From: Tricharina praecox
Lineage: Eukaryota
Direction of reading: 5' to 3'
DNA length: 64,000 bases
Assembly (NCBI RefSeq): GCF_024521635.1
Contig: NW_026250416.1
Span: 62,001 to 126,000 of the forward strand
Part shown: positions 37,287 to 50,695 of the stretch, piece after piece
Layout of the letters: each line of letters begins with the position of its first letter
How positions within the stretch are numbered: position 1 is the stretch's first letter
The notes under the pieces: generated by a model
Databases searched by the model: none
Seen by the model: only the letters and a program-made list of their open reading frames with translations
What the model was told of the DNA's origin: nothing
Program-made: the position numbers and the translations under genes

Positions 37287-40200
37287 CTACACATCCACCC
37301 ACTCCACAACCGTCTCCGCCCCAGCCCCCCTACTACTCTCCGCGACCCTGAGCGTATACCCGCCCCACCGTGCATCCTTATCGACCGGCAGCCTCCAGGA
37401 ATTTTCGTTCTCGTCCCAATAACTCAGATCTCTCCTGGTGAGATCGAACGTTGCCACTTCCGTGCCATTCACGCCGACCGCGACCTTCTCGAACCCTCGC
37501 AGCACACGCGGAGGAAACGTTTCGGCCGTGGCCGCATTGGCAGGGAAGCTGATGTATAGCTGGGCTACGGATTTTCCGGCGACGGAGCCGGTGTTCCGGA
37601 TTCGGGCAGTGACCCGCAGTAGGGGCTCGTAGAGCGTGCTTTGCGAGACCTTTGCGCGGGGGCGTGGCGTTGTCGAGTAGCTGGCTGGGTATGGGTACGG
37701 GCCGCTGCCGACGCTGGCAGAGGACAGCCACGGGTAGATGTACTTCTGGATTCGGCGGAGGCCCTGCGGGAATACTAGATCCTGGGGGTCCGGCAGGGTG
37801 GAGTTGAGCGTGATCCGGGTGGTGGTGTTGGCCGAGTCCGTCCGTTCCGCCGGGAACTCCCCCGGGCTCTCCACCAGCGTTTCCACGGTGACGTCGGAAA
37901 TGTTGAAGGTCGTGTACCCGAGCCCGAACCCGAACTCGAAGCGCGGGGTGATGTTGTATGCGTCGAAGTGCCGGTAGTCGGTATACACCCCGTCTGTAAA
38001 GTCCTGCTGCGGGATCCGGTGGTTGGGTGTGTACAGGACCTGCGCCGCCGGGCCATAGTCTTCGAGTGATTTCGCAATCGTGTAGGGCAGCCGACCGGAG
38101 GGGTTAACGTCGCCCCAAAGGACATCGACCAGCGAGCTCCCGGCTTCCTGCCCGGGGAGGTGCGCGAGAAGTACGGCGGTAACGTTCGGGTGCTCAATCC
38201 ACGCCTCCATGTCGACTGCGCCGACGGAGTGAATGATCACGATGGTGTCCTTGCACGCACTTGCCACTGAGCGAACGAGCTTGTCTCCGTTATGCCAGAG
38301 CTTGAGATCGTTGCGGTCGCCCTTGTGGCCCTCGACGGACAGGTAGCCTTCGCCGCTGTCAGAGCTGACGAAGACCATGCAAGTGCTGTTGGGGGTTTTT
38401 GAGGCCATGGGCAAGATCAGGTTGTAGTCGTCGTCTGATTGGACGTATTCGAGCATGGTGCGGTCCGACTCTGCACGGCTAGAGATGGCGGATAAGGGAC
38501 TGCTGAAGGTTGAGTAGTCGACGCTACCGGATCCCCAGCCCTGGCCTGAATCAACTCAATCAGCATCACATTCCCACCCCTCGTATCGAAAGTATAGCTT
38601 ACCAAGAGTGCCGATGTTGCACCCACGATCGCCGCACGAATTCATTCCCATTGGATTCCCAGCGGCCCCACTCCCAAAGACCACAATAGCCTTCCTCGCA
38701 TCCTTCCCAGTTCCAAACGGCAGCGTAGCATCACCATTCTTCAACAGCACCATCCCCTCTGCCGCAATCTCCCTGACGAGTTCATGATGCTCCTCTCTGA
38801 CATCAGCATACTGATTCCTCCCCTCTAGCTCCTTCTTCCCTTCATCATCAGTACCAAAATATCGTGGCCCCTGGGGGGTCCGGAACCAGCTCGAGAAGTT
38901 GGGAGCCGTGTAGTTGGTGTCCTGGCCCATCTGATACCAGGTTGCAACAATGCGGAGCGCCATGTCATCGAGGCGTTCTAGTGGGACACTGCCATTCAGA
39001 ACGGCACGGGTTAAAGAGGAGCCAAGAAAGGGTGCGCCGTCGGAGAAGGAGTCCCCGTCGCCCGGCATGGACATGTCGCTGAGTCCCGTCAGTACTAACA
39101 ATGATGGAGAGAGGGAAGGGAACCCACAGGCCGGCAAGAACACTGGCCACGCCGCTGCGTTGAGCGATCCAGTCGCTCACGACAAATCCCTGGAACTCGA
39201 ATTCTTCCTTCAAGACTCCATTGAGCAGATAGCTATTCTGGCAGCCATACGAGTTATTGATCTCGACCACGCAGTCAGCACCGCACGAATGACGCCCAAC
39301 CGACCGGAAGAACCCACCTGATTATACGAGCACATAACACTCCCCACACCCTCCCTTACCGCATCCTGAAACGGCCAAGCATAAATCTCCCTCAACGCCC
39401 TGCCGCCCACATTCGCACTCAACGCCTCGATCAACGGCCAGCCCTGGGCCCTGCCCTCCGCCGCCTGCCGAAAAGTCTCCTGTTCATTCGCCAAAAAATG
39501 TTTAACGCAAGCGACGACGCCCTCTCCCTGGACACCCCTAACGGTCCGTCCCACCGCCTGCCCCGCCAAATACGGATCACTCCCGAACCCCTCCCACCCC
39601 CTCCCCCCAGCCGGAAACTTCCCGCCGACCACACTCGGCCCAAGCATGACATTAACGCCCTTGGCGCGCATCTCCCTCCCCAGCGCCTTCCCCCGCCGCT
39701 GCATCAGTTCGCGATCCCACGTCCCCGCCACCGTGACCCCCGCCGGAAACACCGTGACCGCGTCCGCAAACCTCACACCCATCGGTCCGTCCTGCAAACA
39801 CAACGCGGGAAACCCCCCGGCCTGGCCGGTATTCCCCACACAAGCCCCCATCCGCCACCCCGTGCCGGTGGTGATATTAACCTTCTCTGCCAACGACATT
39901 CCGCCCACGAGCCTAGCAGCCTTCTGATACGCAGCGCTCCAGTTCCCCGCGCCGCTGCCGCGCGGCGCCGGGTACACGCGCGGCGAGGGTCGCGAGCGGG
40001 AGGGAGTACGTGCTCCGCCAGCCGGGCGGCCCGCTCGCTTCCGTGTGCTTTTTCAGTCCTAGGCCGAGCCCGAGCCCGAGCCCGAGGAGGACGAGGATGC
40101 AGAGCACTCCGCCGACGGCATAGCGCTTGCAGCTGCGGGCTGTACGCCAGAACCCGCCCCCGCCGCCGCCGGAGCCGCGGAGGGATGTGCCCGGCGAGGA

Positions 40201-40511
40201 GGTGTTCAGCCGCGACTTGGGCGTGGGGGAGGGGATGAGGACGTTCGTGGGGGTGTCGGTGTAGGAGGGGAGGAGGGCTGTTGACGCCACTGCGGCGGTT
40301 GATGGCTGTAATATGTTGATAGAAGTCGCGGTTTCACGGCATGAACGTAGCGTTGCGCGCAGGGTGACAGCTGTTGTGGTATGTATGAATTGTGTGAATT
40401 TCACGCGGTTGAGATATCTACCTGCCGTTGTTGTTGACGGTGACGCGCCGGGCGGACGAGTTCGCTGCGTTGCGGAGCAACGGTGTTACACAATGGCCCG
40501 TGTCTACACAT
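37287..40511 (-). CDS. GH3 beta-glucosidase with N-terminal membrane anchor (BglE-like); apparent +1 frameshift at 39987-39989; start uncertain
   Basis: LCLQDGPMGVRFAD, GRGWEGFGSDPYL, CVKHFLANEQE, VMCSYNQ, FVVSDW (nucleophile Asp), SDSGEGY, PSGRLPYTI, YTDYRHFD. The TM segment VGGVLCILVLLGLGLGLGLGL is out of frame with the catalytic domain by one base. Confidence 0.85.
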
Positions 40512-40965
40512 CAAGGTTCCTGGTTCCTCACAGCCAATCATCGTGCATCACCCGCAGCTGGATGCCTTACTCCTCATGAATCCTTTTGTTCTCTGGTACG
40601 AGGTATGTATCACAGTAACCCGCTCTCACCACCAAGACCCACAGCCTGTTTGCATACATAAAAGACAAGACAAGACGAGGGGAAGATCATAAAAAACGCG
40701 GCGCGGCGCAGTGGCTAGCAGACAGACGAAAGTTGAAACATCGGAAAGCAAAGCAAGAAACTACTCAACTAGGGGGTATACTACTACGTTAAACTGCACC
40801 CGCATCCTCAGATTACACCTTTGCAGAAACACAAAAAAAAAAATTCCCACCATAGAAAAGAAAACGCCAGGATAAAAAAGAGGCAAAGAAACACTAAGGA
40901 AGGTAGAAGAGAAGAAGGCCCATAGTTCGTGAGAAATACATCCATTTCCCGTCCAGCGTAGCATA

Positions 40966-42122
40966 TTATAATCGCTTGCCTGGAACAAATGTGTAGAGAC
41001 AAACCAGCGCCACGACTGCTTCAGTTAGCACGGGGAACAGATAGGATGCATGTGACGGGGTGACTCACCAATTCCAAGCGTCAGAATGAGAATCCAGATT
41101 GAGCGTTTGACCAACAGTCTGCGGACGTAGGGTTCCCGGACTGCAAAAAACTCCATGAAGGTGTACTCGCTGACTCCAATCAAGCCCATTATCGGGTCCA
41201 GCTCGTACTGATTCGCGATCAGACAGTACACACCGATGAGGAACGGCAGAATGAGCCAAAGCCGTGTCACTCTCGGCTGGATGTCGAGGAAGATGAGCGA
41301 GAACGCGGCCCAGAAACCTCCAAACATCGCTAGCAGTCCAATCACCAACCGCAACATCACACTGGTGGGCACCAGGTTCCCGAGCGCCTTCGATCTGAGA
41401 AAGCCGGGGAAAGCATCGCGTTCCATCGCTTGGAACACATAGTCCTTGGCGTCCATGAACAGATCCGGGTCATCCCTCAACTCGATTTCTATCGCGTGTT
41501 GTATCGACTGCAATATCGGCTCGGGGAGAACGATCTCGCGCTCTGCACCACGCAGCAGATAGGTGTAGAGAATCTTCTCGGCCGAGGCGCGCACATCGGC
41601 ACGATTGACGGTATGGGCGATCGACGACGAAGTCGTCGGGTCGTTACCCGAGGACGACATGAACGAGGGGCCGCCAGTGGGAGGAGTCTCGAGGTGGTCG
41701 CCCGTGGATCGTCGCTGCTGCGACATACTTGGGTCCGGGGTTGCCGATCTCAGGAACGCGGAGAGTCTCTGGTTGCTATCCTTATCGTCCTCGTCCGCGA
41801 AATCGTACTGGCCCGAGCTCACATCCCTCTCCTGTCCAAGCTCCGGCGTCGACACGAGGACACTACGACGGAGCTCACGCACGTAGTGGCGGCAGAGCGA
41901 CATGTGCTGTGCGACATCGAGCCTGCGAGCGAAAAATCAGCCAACCTGCCCAACAATGCGAACTGTTGCGGAGCAAGTCACGAACCAGAAATCGAGATAG
42001 TCCAGCGATCGCTGGTGGTCCCTCATGTAGATGAAGAACGAGAACAGGTCGACCGGGGGGAAGGTCCTCCTGCTCAGCACCTCGAACAGCGTCGGGAGTC
42101 GGTTCCTGGTAGTGGCCTCCAT
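40966..42122 (-). CDS. RAX1: RGS-domain transmembrane protein, Rax1/RgsB-like, 3 exons
   Basis: RLPTLFEVLSRRTFPPVDLFSFFIYMRD..DYLDFW-LDVAQHMSLC, AEKILYTYL..GAEREI, AKDYVFQAMERDAFPGFL, three C-terminal TM helices, ends VPGKRL. Confidence 0.88.
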
Positions 42123-43235
42123 TCCGTCGGTCGGTAGCGGGAGAAAGCTGAGAAACTGCGAGGCTTAGATCGGAGCGTTTGCGCGTGCTGGATGCGGAAT
42201 CGATTGGAGTGAACGAGCGCGAAATTTTCTGTCGCGAGAAACGGAGCGGAGTTCGGAGTTGGCGGGTATGGGGGTCGTGTATGTTGTGGTAGTGGTGTAG
42301 GAGTTTGGAAGCGGTGATGGTGGGTGGGTGTACACGTAAGTGTGCTGGCGGCCGTGTGCTCGGAGCGTAGTTAGGTGGTGGGACGAGCGAGCAAGCGCAG
42401 GATAGATATCGATCTGCGCCAGATTTGATTGCGAGCGTTGCAAAAGGAAAGAAAAAAGAAGGAATGAATGAATGAATGGATGGATGGATGAATGAATGGA
42501 CGGCAACAATAGGTAGCAACAACAACAACAGCCACCACGTTCAACGGGGGGGTTGTCAGACAGAAAATGGGTGAGCCGAGAAAATGAGAGATGCGCGCAG
42601 ATGAGAGAGTGTGGGTGGAAAGAAAGAAGACCAGCAAGATGCGCTCTATGTAGAGTACCTACTCTACTCTGATATGCCGCCGAATGAACTCTTCAGCTTC
42701 TGGATACTCTCTAGACCCCTTCCATCGTATCCACCGCTTCTTGCCCCTGATTTGACGCTGACCGGTGTCACGAAACATCCACTGCCTGGCGACAATCCCC
42801 CTTCCAGGGAATCCCGTGATGCGTACCTTGCTCGGAAATTGTGCGGGCAAGGGCTTCTCTCGGCAATCCATGCAGCATGATGTAGATAGATTAACTCGTG
42901 TCGAGTGATGTCGCCGCTGAATTTTGGGGCCTTCCAGAGCGGTGCCCCTCCTCAGCGTGGCTAACCCGCGCCGCCCTCTATCCACTTGCTGCTAGTAGTA
43001 ATGATGCATGCCCGCCGCTAGCACGACAAGCGGCTTCAGATTCTTGCACAGGGCAGTTTCAAAGAAGTGTGAAAATAACTATGTTTATCGCCGCCAGGAG
43101 GCATGTCAACACCGAGGTCGCACAGCAACAACTTCCATACAATGTACCCCAGAAATGCAAGGGAACCAATATATCCGCAAAACAAGAAGAAAAAGTCTAC
43201 ATAGCAGTCATAAATCCACAACTTCAACCAGCCGC

Positions 43236-45952
43236 TTATTTTTTGCTGTCAGCGTACTCGAGCCTGATCTCGACCGCACGTCTGTGGGCCTCCAGCTCCT
43301 CAACCTTCGCCAACTGCATCACGGCCGCACCCACATTCCTGAGGCCCTCCTCCGTCAGCTCCGACGATGTAACGTGCTTGATGTACGTTCCCAGGTTGAC
43401 ACCAGAGTATTGCCGGGCGTATCCGTAAGTAGCTATTGATCCCCTAATTAGCAATGCCCCACCAAAGACGAAGTACTACCAGGAAAACTTACGCAACGAG
43501 TGATTGACACCGGCACTGTAGTCACCAACACTTTCTGGAGTCCACGCGCCAACAAAGATACTTCCTGCGTGCTCAACCAAGTCGACAATCTTGCTGGCCT
43601 CGCGGACCTGCAGGATAAGATGCTCTGGCGCGTACACATTGCTCAACCGGATCGCCTCCTCGATTGTCTTTGCTTGCAGCGTAACAGAGTGGGCAATTGC
43701 GCCTCGGACGATATCCACGCGGGGCAGCTTCATCGCCTGATCGTGGACCTCGTCTTCGATCGCCTTCAGCTGTTCTTCGGTCAGATCCACAGCGATCAAG
43801 ATGACCTGCGAGTCGACTCCGTGCTCTGCCTGCGAGAGCAGGTCTGACGCGACAAACGCCGGTTTGGCATCCGAGTCTGCGACAACCAGAACTTCGGAAG
43901 GACCGGCGGGCATGTCGATGCTCACACCAGCACTGGTGTCGTTGCTAACAAACATCTTGCCGGCAGTGACGAATTGGTTTCCAGGACCGAGGATCTTGTC
44001 CACCTTGGGGACGCTCTCGGTTCCGTATGCCAGTGCAGCAACGGCCTGTGCGCCTCCTGCAAGCACGATTGCATCCGCACCAACTTTGTGGGCGACATAG
44101 ACAATCTCGGGAGTGCAAGTTCCGTCGGGCCGGGGTGGCGAGGCGAACACGATCTGCTTGCAGCCGGCGACGAGTGCTGGGACACCGAGCATCAACGCTG
44201 TGGAAGGGAGCACTGCAGTGCCACCCGGGATGTAACATCCAACACGCTCGATTGCTCTCACGAAGCGCGAGCATTTGACACCAGGCATGGTCTCGACGAC
44301 AAGGGGCTTATCCTCCTTCTGCCCCTCGTGGAACTTCCGGATGTTCTCAAAGGAAATGTCAATCGCCTTGATGGTTTCCTCGTCAAGTTGCATGAGCTCT
44401 GCTGGGTAAGGCGCCTTGATGACGGCCGACTTGAGACCTACTGCCCTGTCGAATTTGGCGGCATACTCAATCAAAGCAGCGTCTCCGCGTGTCCGGACCT
44501 CGTTGATAATAGGTGTGACTATTCCCATGATGTCCATGTTCTTCTGTGCAGGACGACGGAGGGTATCTTCGAGTTCTTTGGGAGTCGCAGTAGTTGCGTC
44601 AAAGCGCCTCATCTCAATTCTGCCATCGATCTTCACTGGCTCAGGTGCTTTCACAGGCTGAGATGGAGTTGCAGGCAGTCCCTCTTTCTCGGCCCACTTG
44701 CCTTTAGCGTCACCCTTCCGCCTCTTTACCTTCAGGCTCTTCGCGTCAAGACTGCGCTCGACATCCGTCAGTGACACGCCAGCGGCTATGCACTTTGCGA
44801 GAGCAAAGTAAATCAGGTCAGCCGCCTCAAAGGCAATATCCTGCTTTTCAGTGGCGTCGCAAAGTTCCTCTGCCTCCTCCATAATCTTTGCCCGAAGAAG
44901 CGCCGGATCCGAAAAGAGTCTGGCAGTGTAAGATCCCGCCGGCGCCGATTCCTTCCTGGCCTGCAGTATCTGCTGCAGCTTGGGAAGACCAGTGTACTGG
45001 CCGAAGCATGTAGCGGTTTCAAGGTGGCAGAAGCCTGTTGTTTTGTATAATCAGCCCTCCCTCCCTTTTCCGAGAGTGTTGCAGGGTGAGCAGTAGCCTC
45101 ACCAGCGCCCTTCTGCCTCACGAAGAATCTCAAGCAATCTTGGTCGCAGTCACTGTCGATTTTGACGAGCTCCTGAACTGCGCCGCTCGTAGCACCCTTG
45201 TACCAGAGGCCCCTCTTGCGGCTCTGGTACACTCCAGTTCCCGTCCGCAGACTTTCCTTGACGGATTCGACGGAAGAATAGACGAAGCCAAGAGCAACAC
45301 CTTGTTCATCCACAACCACCGTGGCGATGAGCTTATCCGGTCTGTCGGAAGTAACACCGGCCATGAAGATCTCTGCCACCGAGAGCAGCTCGGGGTTCTT
45401 CTCGGGATCGGTCGTCAAAGCCTCCTGCGGGATGATCGGTGTAGCGGCGAGTTTGCCTACTGCCACGGCGGTCTCGATGGTGACCGGAGCTCGGAACGAC
45501 ACGAAAACGGGGGGTCTGTCGCCCGTTCCGTACTCCCGCAGCCAGCCAGTAATGAAGTCAATGTCCTCGATCTGGTGCGCGTAGACTCCGACCGAGGTGT
45601 TGGCGATGGCGTCAATGATCTTCTCTTTGTTTTGAACATCGGGCTCGAGCAAGAGGACCAGGCGAGTGTCGTCAACGGAGCCCTGGATCGTCTCTAGCTG
45701 TCTGTGGGAAACGAAAACTCTCGCGGCACCGGCATCCAACAACGAGGTGACCTGCGCATTGTCGGGAAGAGTGGTGACGTTGACGGATATCGAGTATGAA
45801 CGGAAGTGCGAGAAGATGTAGGATATGGTATCGTCGACGTTCTCGGGAGTGGCATCGAGGTATACATTGCCTAGTCGCGAAAGGTCGTTGGCTGAGAGGC
45901 CAGTAGAGGGCTGCTGCGAGATGTCAATGCCGGCTAGAAGTGGGAGTGCCAT
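43236..45952 (-). CDS. HIS4: Trifunctional histidine biosynthesis protein (PR-AMP cyclohydrolase / PR-ATP pyrophosphatase / histidinol dehydrogenase), 3 exons
   Basis: YQSRKRGLWYKGATSG, DCDQDCL, MEEAEELC, EAADLIYF, GCYIPGGTAVLPST, DMPAGPSEV, DLLSQAEHG, YAPEHL, EELEAHRRAV. Confidence 0.97.
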
Positions 45953-46043
45953 GGTGAATGTGGTGTCAGGAAGAAGTTGCTCTAGTGGTCAATGACCGAG
46001 GAGGAGGAGGGAAATATGTCGAGAGAGAATGGAAGAGTCGGCC

Positions 46044-46049
46044 GAGTCA
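46044..46049 (-). promoter_or_regulatory. Possible Gcn4/CPC-1 (cross-pathway control) site upstream of HIS4
   Basis: TGACTC core ~95 bp upstream of the HIS4 ATG. HIS4/his-3 is an established cross-pathway target, but a single hexamer can occur by chance. Confidence 0.4.
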
Positions 46050-46528
46050 CTGCAAAAACGCTTCCAAGGATAGGTTTGCTTGATGATGGCGGGGTTCTAC
46101 TTTGCTTTAGTGGGGGTACCAGCACTAAGCAAGCCAAAGCCAAAATTACATTTCGATGCTAGTCAAGCTGTATGTAGGTCGAGCCTCCAGAATTGACCAT
46201 CGAGTTTGAAGGCGGGATATCCGCATGTGACAGCAGAATTTTCGGCATGCTGATAATCATTGGTCCTCCATAAACACGATGCGAATGCCGGGGTTCGGGA
46301 GATGTATGTGGGGTGGGGATGGAAGTGACTGGAAACGGCTTAGCGTCGATTTCAGCCTCCTAAATCTTCCCCACCAATTGGGAAGGCTTGGAGCTCTTCG
46401 AGTCGTGCAACCTTCACCAAAACGAACTCGCGAATCGCGCAACAGTCCAGCCCAAACATCCAACCTCCAACTTTCAAACCCACCACTGTCACTCACCATC
46501 GTCACCCCACCACCAAACCTCGCCCGCC

Positions 46529-47227
46529 ATGACTAATGGAAACGGCACCCCGGACGCTCCCGCTCCTCCCGCGCCAGCGCCAGCAGACCCCACGATAGCA
46601 GCCGCCGCAGCTCCCGCCGACACATCGAAACAGAACCCGTCGTCGCCTCCGAAACCACGCGATGCACGCCTGATCCACCTCGTGCTAGCGAGCATGAACG
46701 TCACCGCCTACCAAGAGCGCGTCCCGCTGATGCTGATGGACTTCGCGTACCGCTACACGTCCGGCGTACTACAGGACGCGCTCCTCTTCTCAGATGCAAT
46801 CAACGGCACGGCCAATACCGGCTCTCAGAACCCGCCTTCGATGATCAGCAACGACGATCTTAGGATGTCGATCGGCAGCAGAATCAATCATCAGTTCAAC
46901 ACGGCGTTACCTAAGGAGTTTCTGCTGGAGATTGCGCAGGAGCGGAATCGCGTGGCGTTGCCGACTGTTGGCCCGGAATTCGGCGTGCGGCTGCCGCCGG
47001 AGAAGTACTGTTTGACCGGCGTTAACTGGGACTTGAAGGCGGGCGGCGACGAGTGGATGGATGTCGAGGACGATGAGGATGAGGACGAACTGGGACAGAG
47101 CTTGGGAGGACCACCTATTGGAATGGGTGGAGGGAGTGTTGACACCAGGACGGAGGAGGGTGATGATCAGATGGATGTGGAGGACTTGTTTGGCGACGGA
47201 GGGGATAGCAATATGGTCGATGCATGA
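46529..47227 (+). CDS. TAF9: TFIID/SAGA subunit TAF9 (histone fold), single exon
   Basis: PRDARLIHLVLASM..YQERVPLMLMDFAYRYT, PKEFLLEIAQERNRVALP, GVRLPPEKYCLTG. Confidence 0.95.
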   Translation: MTNGNGTPDAPAPPAPAPADPTIAAAAAPADTSKQNPSSPPKPRDARLIHLVLASMNVTAYQERVPLMLMDFAYRYTSGVLQDALLFSDAINGTANTGSQNPPSMISNDDLRMSIGSRINHQFNTALPKEFLLEIAQERNRVALPTVGPEFGVRLPPEKYCLTGVNWDLKAGGDEWMDVEDDEDEDELGQSLGGPPIGMGGGSVDTRTEEGDDQMDVEDLFGDGGDSNMVDA

Positions 47228-47707
47228 GCTGTAGAACTAAAAGTGCATGGCTTCTTGTCCGCGCAGTTCGGTGTCGTGGGTATATCTCATTATAGTGTTC
47301 GTATTTTTTGTTTCAGCGCGAGTTATGTTTTCTGGGTTTCTTTCTTGGGTTGTACGGGGCACCTATCTCATCAAGTTCATGGAGTTATTGGGCGCTATGG
47401 TATTGGTTGTGTGTATCGATCTCTACTTGCTACGTGTGTAGAGAATTGCTTCAAGTCTTACTCTGATGTTGCTTGGCGTCCCCAGCTTTATATACAGTTT
47501 TAATGTACAGTTCCTCATACCTATTAAACACGTTGAAGACAACAAAGCGCATGAATTCCAGAATCAAACGCCATTTCTACCATACACCTCTCTTCGCAAG
47601 GCCGTCGTCCGTTTCTGTCCCTTATCCGGATGTGGGGAAAGGAAGTTTCCTTGAGATTGGAACTCGGATCCCATGGACAGCGTATAATCCAACGAAACAA
47701 CACCTCC

Positions 47708-48180
47708 TCACAGAGCGCGCTTCTCAGCCGAAATCGGCTCCTCCCTCGGACGACCCTTGACAACCTCTACAGCAATCTTCGCTTTATCCTGTTCCTGCCG
47801 TAACTTCTTCCTCTCCATCCTCTGTCGAAACCACTCCTCGCGGGCAGCGTCATTGTTCTCTTGTGTTGCGTGCGAGACCATGCACTTGTTCATGTTCCCG
47901 CGCTCGGTACGGCACGCCCATGTCGCTGTGACGGTTCGCCCGCGCGCGCATTCGGCAAAGACTGTTTTCCCCCAGCGTTAGTCTTTGCGGGACATCGCCG
48001 GAGTGGATGGGCCAAACGTCGGATTTCTTCCGCGCAGAACCCACGGACGCGGGCGTAGTAAAGGTCGCGGACCTGACCTTCCTGCGATGCTGAGAGGGGC
48101 ATTGGGTTTCGGGGTTGCAGGGGCGAAGCTGCTGCTGCCGCTGCTGCTGCTGGGGATGCTTTCTCGGCTGCCATGGTCAT
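47708..48180 (-). CDS. CMC1: Twin Cx9C mitochondrial COX assembly protein, Cmc1 family, 2 exons
   Basis: PMPLSASQEGQVRDLYYARVRGFC-AEEIRLFAE-C...WAC-RTERGNMNK-C after removing intron ~47963-48018. Confidence 0.85.
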
Positions 48181-48801
48181 TCCGTGTGTTCGTTCGTCCG
48201 TTCGTGGCTTGTGGTGATGGTGGGCTGTGGTTGTGGTGGGGAGTTGTGGAGGGGTGAATTGAGTGAGGTGAGGTGAGGTGGGGGGAATGTTGATGACGGA
48301 AGCGGCGGTGGTGAGATTGGCTGCATCATCCGAAGTTCAATGCACGGACGGGCGCCATCGATGGGAAATCCTTCACACACACGCAGCAAGCGCATACAGA
48401 CTGCCACGCAGGGAAGGCTCCTTGAACAAAGCGGCGGTAGATATCACGCAGATTCTCGTCATGTAGATCTTTAAAGACTACCTAGTTCTGAGAATATCAC
48501 GATGTGGCATGTACTTGGAGTGCTCTTGAACAAACTTAGTTGTGGCAGCCAAAGCAAACAGCCAAAGTGTGTCTTATAAACAATCAGACCATAAACTGAA
48601 GACCAGAGAGGAGGGCATGAAGTACTCTAGTTATCGACTTCTTCCCAAGACTCAAGCCCCAAGTTTGGTTATTCTAGCCGCAGACGTCACTAACGGCTCT
48701 CGCTACCCAAGCAACCTCCATCGCCCTTCGGCATTCAGCCCCCAACATACAAATACCTATATTGGCCAACAATCCAGCAATCACGAACTACAGACTGAAC
48801 A

Positions 48802-50695
48802 ATGCCTCCACCACCTCCTTCAATGGCACCGAAGAGGCGAGCCACAGTTCTAGTAAGTACAGCTATACTCTCCACCTCCTTTTTTCGCGGACGCACCATG
48901 CTTACCCGCGGCCGTCGTCTCCAGGTCACCGATTCTCGCGACCTGCCCACCAACTCTTCGGGTCGCCCCAACTCGCGCCGAGCATCATCGTCGGCCCTCT
49001 CCTCCAATGCTGGCGCACACGGAAACGCCCCTGGAATGGTTCGCTTCGTCTCGGTCGATTCTGTCCTCCGCGGGACCTCGGAGATCCCGTCCGGCCAGGT
49101 GCGCGGTGGAAACGCCCTCTCGTATCTGCATCGCTCTCGAACGCCCGTTTCCTCAGCATCGTCATATCGTGGGGCTCCGCCAGGCCCGGTTAATCCGCGC
49201 CGTGTGGTGAATCAGGGACAGACGCTGCCGTCGAGATCGTCGAAGGTCTCTGAGAAGCTGGTGTTGATTCCGGAGACTGAGGAGGATGAGCTCGGTAGAT
49301 GGGATTATCAGGAGGAGGATGAAGATGGGCCGTTGAGGGATGATGAAGATGATTCGAGACATAGTCCTGAGGAGGGCGATGAGACGGTCGGACGACTGCC
49401 GCCCCGGAAGAGTTATGCTGAGCGGTTACCTAAGAGTCGACGTGCCGAGAAATTCTCAAGGGTTACGGCATATTGCACAGCGGATGCTTATCGGCTTAAG
49501 AGTGCGTCGACGTTTTTGAGGGAGGCGCATCATGCTAGGACAAAGCTGTATGATGAGTGCCTTTACGTCGCGTATCATCTACCGCTATTGGCTGGTGGCG
49601 AAGGGTGTCGCCTTCGCAGCTCTCCGGCGCTGAAGAATCCTGGCGGGAAACCAGTGTTGGACGTTGAGATTGAGCGTTCGGAGCAACGGAACTACCATGA
49701 GGGCTACTTCGATGAGGAATACAGAGGGCGCAGGGATTCCGTGGAGGAGGACGATAGAGAACCTGGCAGTACGCCCAGGGATGAAAATGTCAATATTCAG
49801 GGAGAAAGTACGGACCCCGAACTGCACGAAAGACCACGAAGCCCGAAGGACTCGCATAATGCTATGGATATGAATGGTATCGCCGAAATGTTCATCTTCA
49901 GCTATGGCGTTGTCGTCTTCTGGAATTTCACCGAAAGGCAGGAGAAGGACATCCTCGCCGACCTGACATTTGCGCCGGGACATGATTCTCCTCTTATTTC
50001 CGGACCGATGCGAGAGGAGGATTTCGAGACCGAGGAGTTTCACTTTGAGTACTCCTCGAAAACCAGGTCTCCTCGGGTAAGCAAACCCATTCTAGTCTGA
50101 GACGAGTGACAAAGTTGATAACACTGCACAGATATACAACGACATGATCACCCTCCGATCCGGCGATATAATGATCAAGCTCGCGATCTCACATGCAATA
50201 GCGCAGTCCACCAAGCTGTGTCGCTTTGAAGAAAGCATGAACACCACCATGGCAGGCGTTGAGCACATTCCTAAGAAACTCGCCCTCACCGGAACACTAG
50301 GCATGAAGCGCGAAGAAGTTATCAAGATGACCGGTCGCCTCTTCCGTCTACGTGTCGAAGTCAATCTTTCTTCGAATGTCCTCGACGTGCCGGAATTCTT
50401 TTGGGCGGAGCCTACGCTTCATCCACTGTATATTGCGGTTAGAGAGTACCTTGAGATCCAACCACGTGTCATGGTGCTCAATAGCCGCTGCCGGGTGTTC
50501 TTGGACCTCGCGGATATCTTGACCGATTCCATTGCCGACACCAATATGAGCCGTATCACGTGGATCATCATCTGGCTGATTTTGCTGAGTATTTTGGTTA
50601 CGCTCTTCGAGGTGACGATTCGGTTCGGAATCTTGTCGGAACACAAGGGCAAAGGACTTGGCGGAGGGACGGTGTTGGCGATTGCGGATCTCTAG
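48802..50695 (+). CDS. DUF155 / RMD1-RMD8-Sif2 family protein, 2 exons
   Basis: RVTAYCTADAY, EMFIFSYGVVVFWNFTE, PR-IYNDMITL, KLAISHAIAQSTKL, REYLEIQPRV, C-terminal TM helix. Intron ~50077-50131. Confidence 0.92.

Noticed and set aside
43500-45697. Long antisense ORFs over HIS4 (also over SHMT, GH3, RAX1)
   Set aside because: Expected shadows of GC3-rich codon usage.
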